Shown here: piece by piece, positions 58,691-64,000 of the stretch
Numbering within the stretch: the stretch's first letter is position 1
Layout: each line of letters begins with the position of its first letter
Origin: an uncultured Erysipelotrichaceae bacterium
Lineage (GTDB): Bacteria > Bacillota_I > Bacilli_A > RF39 > UBA660
NCBI GenBank assembly: GCA_948439995.1
Contig: CAOJNP010000002.1
Coordinates: 316 to 64,315, forward strand
Direction: 5' to 3'
Length of the DNA stretch: 64,000 nt
Position numbers and translations under genes: made by a program
The notes under the pieces: generated by a model
What the model was told of the DNA's origin: nothing
Database searches by the model: none
The model's input: the letters and a program-made list of their open reading frames with translations, nothing else

Positions 58691-58767
58691 GATCTCACCA
58701 TAATTATTTTATCATATTGAATAAAAAAAAAAAAGCGAAGAGATTTGCTTTTCTATATACATATATT

Positions 58768-59472
58768 TTAACCAAAAAGAAATTCTAATAAAACGGGTGA
58801 TAAAATGATTAATAGTAAAATGGGAATAAAGAATAAGACAGAAATAATGCTAATTTTGGTAGGTAATTTAGAAATCTCTGCTTTGATTTCTAAGATTTGT
58901 TTTTCTCTTAAATATTCTAGTTGATTGGTTAAAGATTCTAAAATGCTATTTCCAAATACATTGGATTGAATTATATTTAAAAGAGCATGGTTGATTGCAG
59001 CACTTGGAATTCTTTTTTTCATATCATTCATACTTTCTGTAAAACTTTTTCCAAGACGGATTTCAGAAAGAGATTTTCGAAATTCAAGTGATAAATCACT
59101 TTCAATATTAGATGAAGTGATTTCAAGAGCGGTGTTTAAATTATGATCACTTTCGATGGTTAGTATTAATACTTCAAAAAAGAATATTGCCTCTTCTTCT
59201 AATCTTTTTTCTCTTTTTTTAATTTGCATATCAAATAATAAGTATTCACTTCCAACATAAAAGAATAAAGTGATAAAAGGTGCTAAAATATACCCTGGTT
59301 TTAGAAAAAGGAAACAAATAATAAATATAAGGATAGAAACAATCAAGCGGTAATTTAATAAGTGAATTACATTGTATTTGCATCCTACTCCTAATAAATC
59401 AATTTTTTTATTGATTCGTTCAATCGATTTTTTTAAATGAATTTTTTTTGAGATACTATGGTCTTTTTTCAT
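58768..59472 (-). CDS. tadC: Tad pilus inner-membrane platform protein TadC (T2SSF domain)
   Basis: 234 aa with a GspF-like fold (TM, cytoplasmic helical domain, two C-terminal TMs). It overlaps tadB by 4 nt. Confidence 0.6.
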   Translation of the reverse strand: MKKDHSISKKIHLKKSIERINKKIDLLGVGCKYNVIHLLNYRLIVSILIFIICFLFLKPGYILAPFITLFFYVGSEYLLFDMQIKKREKRLEEEAIFFFEVLILTIESDHNLNTALEITSSNIESDLSLEFRKSLSEIRLGKSFTESMNDMKKRIPSAAINHALLNIIQSNVFGNSILESLTNQLEYLREKQILEIKAEISKLPTKISIISVLFFIPILLLIILSPVLLEFLFG

Positions 59473-60479
59473 AATGACTTCACCTTTAATATTTTTTTAA
59501 TTACAAAAATATAAGAAATATATAATATGACAATAAATAAGAGTAATAAAAAACCAAATGGTGTTTTCAAAAATGGATTAAAATAAGTTGGGTTTAGAAG
59601 AAAAATGAAAAGGGAAAAAAGAAGAGGTAAAAAAACTAATATACGATAAACAAAAATACTAGCAGCTGTTAAACTTTTCATTTCATTTCTTAATTTTTTC
59701 TTATTAAAAATCGATTTTTCTATACTACCAAATACTCTTACAATATTGCCTCCTGTTGTATTTAAAAGGGATAAAGAAGAAGAAATGTATTTGGCATCTT
59801 CTAATTTTACTCTTTCATAAAAACGATTAAAGACTACATCAATACTTAATCCATAATTCATGTCCATGTATATTTTTTTAAATTCATCTTGAATGGGTCC
59901 ATCTAATTCTCTTTTTACGATTTCAACCGCTTGCATAATGTTTCTCCCAGATTTAAAACTATTATTCATGACAATGATGGCTTTTAATAAATCGTCACTT
60001 ACCATTTTCTGCTTTTTTCCAAATTGAAATGTAAGCAACAGATCAGGAAGAAAAAAACCAATTAAAAAAGTAAAAAGAAAACTAATCAAACCAAATGGAT
60101 TGGTTTGAAATAAAATAGTAATCATATTTAATACAACTAAAAAGATAGCAGTCATGAATTTTATAGTGATATAATCCATTCCAGTTTTTGTTTCTTTTTC
60201 TTCATAAGAGATATAACGATCATATTTTTTGCTGTATTTTTTTAAGAATTCACTTTTGAATAAATATCGTCGAAAATGTTTAATCCAGTTCCATAATTTG
60301 ATATAAAAACGGTCCAGAGCTGATTTTTCTTGAACATGAATTGATGCTAATGCAAATTTTTCGAAGCGTTTTTGCAAACGAATGGTTCTGAGTTCTCGAA
60401 AAATGAAATAAAGAAAGGTAATTATTGCTAAAAGGATGATTATTTGTATTATGAAAACTTGTGGGCGAAATACTAGCAT
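59469..60479 (-). CDS. tadB: Tad pilus platform protein TadB (T2SSF domain)
   Basis: 336 aa with the same T2SSF architecture, immediately downstream of cpaF. Confidence 0.6.
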   Translation of the reverse strand: MLVFRPQVFIIQIIILLAIITFLYFIFRELRTIRLQKRFEKFALASIHVQEKSALDRFYIKLWNWIKHFRRYLFKSEFLKKYSKKYDRYISYEEKETKTGMDYITIKFMTAIFLVVLNMITILFQTNPFGLISFLFTFLIGFFLPDLLLTFQFGKKQKMVSDDLLKAIIVMNNSFKSGRNIMQAVEIVKRELDGPIQDEFKKIYMDMNYGLSIDVVFNRFYERVKLEDAKYISSSLSLLNTTGGNIVRVFGSIEKSIFNKKKLRNEMKSLTAASIFVYRILVFLPLLFSLFIFLLNPTYFNPFLKTPFGFLLLLFIVILYISYIFVIKKILKVKSL

Positions 60480-60483
60480 ATTA

Positions 60484-61836
60484 TTATTTTCCTTTCTTTT
60501 TTTTATCTAAATGAAACATAAAATCAATTTCTCGAATTCCTCTTGAAACAATTTTATCGTAAACGTTTGGAATTTTTTTATCGTATAGAATATATTCTCC
60601 ATCTACTTCTTTTTTGTTTGTTAATCCTTTTTGATGAAATGCAAATATTTCACTGATTATGATTTCATCTTCTTTCATTCCATTTAATTCGCAGATAGAA
60701 GTTACTTTTCTTTTTCCATCACTCATACGATCAATATTCACAATTAAATCAATGGCATTTACCATATATTCTCGAACGGCTTTAATCGGAATATCAATCC
60801 CACTCATTAACACCATAGTTTCTAAACGATTTAAGGCATCTTTTGGACCATTTGCATGTAAAGTAGTCATCGATCCTTCATGTCCTGTATTCATTGCTTG
60901 TAACATGTCAAATGCTTCTTTTCCGCGCACTTCTCCTACTATAATTCTGTCAGGTCTCATACGAAGACTATTGATGACTAAATCTCTTATCGTAATTTCT
61001 TTATCACTATCATAATTCGTTACTCTCGTTTCAAGAGAAATTACATGCCTTTGATTTAGTCTTAATTCAGCAGCATCTTCGATTGTAATGATTCTTTCTT
61101 CATCTGAAATAAATCCGCTTAATATATTTAGTAAAGTTGTTTTTCCAGAACCAGTTCCTCCACAAATGACAATATTGCATTTTCCTCTTACGGCTGCGTC
61201 TAAAAATGTTGCCATATAAGGTGTCATGGATCCAATTCTTATCATATCTTCTACATGTGTCATTTCTTCTTTAAATTTTCTTATGGTAATGACTGGGCCT
61301 TTGGTAGATAATGGTGGGATTACGGCGTTGATTCTGGATCCATCTTCTAATCTAGAATCTACCATTGGATTGGATGCATCAATTGTTCTTCCAACGGGTC
61401 CAATTAATCTTTGAATGGTTCTAATAATGTGCTCATCATTAATAAATGATACACTTTCATCTTTCATGATTTGACCATCCATTTCAATATAAATTTCTTT
61501 GGGACTATTTACCATTATTTCGGTTATATTTTGATCTTCTAATAGTTCCGTTAAAGGTCCATAGCCATTGATTTCATTGTCTATTAAATTATAAAGATGG
61601 GCACGTTCTAAATTGGTTAAATCATATCCTTCAATGGTTTCATCAATTTCATCATTAATGAATTGTTTTAGTAATTTTTCTTCTGGTATTTCTTTATCAA
61701 TTAAATTTTCGACAATTCTGGTTCGCAGTTCATCTAATAATTTTTTGTCTGGGAATATATCATAATCATTTAAATTATCCAGTTCTTTTACTTTTCTTTC
61801 TATATTAAATGCTTCTAATAAACTAGTTTTCTTCAT
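60484..61836 (-). CDS. tadA: Tad pilus secretion ATPase CpaF/TadA
   Basis: Walker [16 protein letters not shown], Asp box, Walker B, and His box (TLHANG), all typical of T2SSE/CpaF ATPases. Confidence 0.85.
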   Translation of the reverse strand: MKKTSLLEAFNIERKVKELDNLNDYDIFPDKKLLDELRTRIVENLIDKEIPEEKLLKQFINDEIDETIEGYDLTNLERAHLYNLIDNEINGYGPLTELLEDQNITEIMVNSPKEIYIEMDGQIMKDESVSFINDEHIIRTIQRLIGPVGRTIDASNPMVDSRLEDGSRINAVIPPLSTKGPVITIRKFKEEMTHVEDMIRIGSMTPYMATFLDAAVRGKCNIVICGGTGSGKTTLLNILSGFISDEERIITIEDAAELRLNQRHVISLETRVTNYDSDKEITIRDLVINSLRMRPDRIIVGEVRGKEAFDMLQAMNTGHEGSMTTLHANGPKDALNRLETMVLMSGIDIPIKAVREYMVNAIDLIVNIDRMSDGKRKVTSICELNGMKEDEIIISEIFAFHQKGLTNKKEVDGEYILYDKKIPNVYDKIVSRGIREIDFMFHLDKKKKGK

Positions 61837-62608
61837 CCTTCATACTCTCTTTCTCATCTTTGGTGAAATCAGCAGCAATACTCATTAATATTGCATAATC
61901 TTTGGCAAATACATTGGCTATTTTGGGTTGTAAGGTGATAATTTGTCCATTCATTACATAATCGTCTAAGTTTTTTAAATAAAATTCACTGGAAAGTGTA
62001 TAATCAATATTACTTTTTAAAATACTTCTTAAATCGTATAAAGAAAAATATTTTTTGAATGGATCTCTACTATTATTTAATAATATTTTATAATTTGTTA
62101 TTTCTAAATCATGAAAGATACTCAATAATGATTTCATATTTTTTACATCTAATGGATCATTATTTAAAACGAATAAAATTTGTTCTACATTATCTAACAT
62201 AACTAGATTTTGCTCATTTAAATCATGATTGGAATCTACTAAAACGATATCATAATTGTAGATTGCTTTATCTAATACGATTTCAATGTATTTCGATGCA
62301 ATTTTCCCTGCTTGTCGTGGATCTTTTGGGCTTGGTAAAATATCAATATAATTATCGTATTTACTTACATAATCTTTAAACTCTTCATAGCGATTATTAT
62401 TATAATCATCAATAAAATTGTAAATCGTTTTTTCAAAAGGACAATTTAGTGCCGTTGCGATTCCACCGGAAGCTAAATCTAAATCTATGATTAATACTTT
62501 TTTTTCTAATTGTTCAAAAATTCCAGCTAGATTAAGTGTAGTTGTGGTTTTTCCTACTCCACCTTTTGCTGAAAATATACATAATGATTTTCCTTTTTTT
62601 CGTATCAC
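61823..62608 (-). CDS. tadZ: CpaE/TadZ-like ParA/MinD-family ATPase
   Basis: Deviant Walker A SAKGGVGKTTTTLNLA. Its position between the tadE-like genes and cpaF fits the call. Confidence 0.7.
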   Translation of the reverse strand: MIRKKGKSLCIFSAKGGVGKTTTTLNLAGIFEQLEKKVLIIDLDLASGGIATALNCPFEKTIYNFIDDYNNNRYEEFKDYVSKYDNYIDILPSPKDPRQAGKIASKYIEIVLDKAIYNYDIVLVDSNHDLNEQNLVMLDNVEQILFVLNNDPLDVKNMKSLLSIFHDLEITNYKILLNNSRDPFKKYFSLYDLRSILKSNIDYTLSSEFYLKNLDDYVMNGQIITLQPKIANVFAKDYAILMSIAADFTKDEKESMKDEEN

Positions 62609-62994
62609 AATGATTCCTCTTTTCTTTCATTTTCTATGATTAATTTTTCAGTTTTGTTATTTCCTTTTTTATGAATTGTTATTTTGTAATTTTGAATACC
62701 TATTATTTTGCCAAAAATACTATTTATTTGATATTCATTTTTTATTTCTAAACTTTGATCTGTTTGTATGATTTTTAAGTTTTCAATTGGTATGTTATTT
62801 TTTATGAATAATTCTTTTATTTTGCTTTCTGCTTCTTCTTTTTGAACATAATTTTGAATTGCATATTCGGTTACACCAGATAATTTAATTTTTGCATGAG
62901 TTAAAAATCCTATGTCTACAATGATAGCCATCAAAAGCAGAAGAATTGGAATTAAAAAGATAAATAAAATTAGTGTTTGTCCCTTACGATTCAT
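62605..62994 (-). CDS. TadE-like pseudopilin
   Basis: Class-III signal MNRKGQTLILFIFLIPILLLL, followed by a periplasmic domain. Confidence 0.5.
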   Translation of the reverse strand: MNRKGQTLILFIFLIPILLLLMAIIVDIGFLTHAKIKLSGVTEYAIQNYVQKEEAESKIKELFIKNNIPIENLKIIQTDQSLEIKNEYQINSIFGKIIGIQNYKITIHKKGNNKTEKLIIENERKEESL

Positions 62995-63334
62995 TTTGAA
63001 TCCATCTTTCTATTTGGACGTAATATGGTTTTTTTAAAATTAAATTTAAACCTGGTGTAATAATACTATTTTCTTTTTTTAGTAAAAAGTGAATATATTC
63101 ATTTTCTCTTTCAATTTCCAGTCGAGCATTCTTGTTATTTTTATTTAAGTTATCTGTTATTTCTTTATATGGCAAGTCATTTTTGTATTCTTCGATAATT
63201 TCATCCATTTCGCTTTCTAATTGATTTTTTAAGGAGATAATTTTTCCAAAATCAATGATTGCAAATAAAAAGAAAAGAAAAATTGGTAATATTATTACAA
63301 ATTCTACTAATGCTTGACCCCTTTTTTTATTCAT
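62984..63334 (-). CDS. TadE/TadF-like pseudopilin
   Basis: MNKKRGQALVEFVIILPIFLFFLFAIIDFG contains the G/xxxxEF prepilin-peptidase site. The preferred start is ATG 63334, with AAAGGGTG upstream. Confidence 0.55.
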   Translation of the reverse strand: MNKKRGQALVEFVIILPIFLFFLFAIIDFGKIISLKNQLESEMDEIIEEYKNDLPYKEITDNLNKNNKNARLEIERENEYIHFLLKKENSIITPGLNLILKKPYYVQIERWIQNES

Positions 63335-63384
63335 GGACAACACCCTTTATTTTTCATTATTATAGCATAAGATTTTTCGAAAAA

Positions 63385-63594
63385 CTACTTGTTTTCTGAT
63401 TTTTTATCAATACATTTTCCTTCTCCAGGTTTTTCTCCTTCTTGATATTCTTGGTCTACTAAGCTACAAGAGGTTTTGGTAATGGCGTCTTTTAAGTATC
63501 CTCCAAAATAAGAAACAATACTTATTGTGATAATACTTATTAAAGCAATAATTAACACATATTCTACTAATGCTTGACCATTTTTCTTTTTCAT
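63385..63594 (-). CDS. flp: Flp-family type IVb pilin
   Basis: MKKKNGQALVEYVLIIALISIITISIV contains the Flp G/xxxxEY motif plus a hydrophobic helix. RBS AGAGGTGG. It has an unusual hydrophilic C-terminal tail with 2 Cys. Confidence 0.65.
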   Translation of the reverse strand: MKKKNGQALVEYVLIIALISIITISIVSYFGGYLKDAITKTSCSLVDQEYQEGEKPGEGKCIDKKSENK

Positions 63595-63660
63595 AAATAC
63601 CACCTCTATGTTCATTATCATTATATCAAAATAAAAACTTCTTTACAAATAAAAAACAAA

Positions 63661-64000
63661 TCACTGTTTTGTATGTGATTCGGTTTCTTTTATAATATAA
63701 ATTGGTCTTTGTTTGGTTTCTAAATAAATTTTAGATAAATATTCTCCAATAATTCCTAAGAAGAATAATTGTACTCCACTTACAAATATTATAATACATG
63801 CTAAACTAGGCCATCCACCTACTGGATCTCCCCATATTAGTGTTTTTAGAATAATAATTAAAATGAATAAAAAGGCGATAAAGCAAAATAAAATTCCAAC
63901 TAAAGAAGATAATACCAATGGTTTGGTGGAAAATCCAACAATCCCATCTATTGCATAGGTAAATAATTTTTTAAAATTCCATTTTGTTGTACCTGCAATT
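63661..64000 (-). CDS. GT2 glycosyltransferase (GtrB/DPM1-like), C-terminal part, 5' end outside window
   Basis: The frame is open to the window edge (...VPAIKWNFKKLFTYAIDGIVGFSTKPLVLSSLVG...). The ORF track's M is a TTG inside the gene. The C-terminal two TM helices and the GEYLSKIY tail are typical of bactoprenol/dolichol-P glycosyltransferases. Confidence 0.6.
   Translation of the reverse strand, partial: IAGTTKWNFKKLFTYAIDGIVGFSTKPLVLSSLVGILFCFIAFLFILIIILKTLIWGDPVGGWPSLACIIIFVSGVQLFFLGIIGEYLSKIYLETKQRPIYIIKETESHTKQ

Overview
This 64 kb window is chromosomal DNA from a very AT-rich, endospore-forming Firmicute. About 90% of genes are on the minus strand. Much of it shows Bacillus subtilis-like synteny: rpsT / gpr-spoIIP-yqxA-lepA-hemW, hrcA-grpE-dnaK...dnaJ-mtaB, spoIVB-xseBA-nusB, ruvAB-queA, xerD...spoIIM. 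Unusual insertions interrupt this backbone. Recognised genes: tcdA (5' end cut by window edge), gpsA, rarA, xerD, zupT-like, mnmA, spoIIM-like, spoIVB, xseB, xseA, nusB, mutS, recD2, mtaB-like, dnaJ, tldE/pmbA, tldD, dnaK, grpE, hrcA (with two CIRCE operators and a consensus sigma-A promoter), psd, pssA, a BceRS-BceAB-type two-component/ABC module, desulfoferrodoxin, valS with a T-box leader, a glycerophosphodiester phosphodiesterase, hemW, lepA, spoIIP, gpr, rpsT, a transglutaminase-like protein, queA, folD, ruvB, ruvA, and a complete Gram-positive Tad/Flp pilus locus (flp, 2 tadE-like, cpaE/tadZ, cpaF/tadA, tadB, tadC). The window ends in a partial GT2 glycosyltransferase. Accessory or unexplained content: (1) a ~2.4 kb islet at 5310-7700 with a RepB-like rolling-circle replication initiator, an XRE-type HTH regulator under a strong promoter/operator, a small membrane protein and hairpins, which looks like an integrated plasmid/IME remnant. 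(2) An unannotated 47-aa Asn/Arg/Ser-rich ORF with a perfect RBS and a sigma-G-like promoter, next to two CotF-like small proteins; this may be a spore-protein mini-cluster. (3) tldD-tldE inserted between dnaK and dnaJ. (4) A translationally coupled pair of large membrane proteins with WG-like repeats. (5) A pair of zinc-ribbon membrane proteins where spo0A would be expected downstream of spoIVB. (6) Nucleotide-metabolism genes (an NT5C-like nucleotidase and a T4-dNMP-kinase-like P-loop protein) inserted in the ruvA-ruvB-queA cluster. No rRNA, tRNA or CRISPR array was seen. All calls come from reading the translated ORFs and the DNA by eye; no database search was possible.
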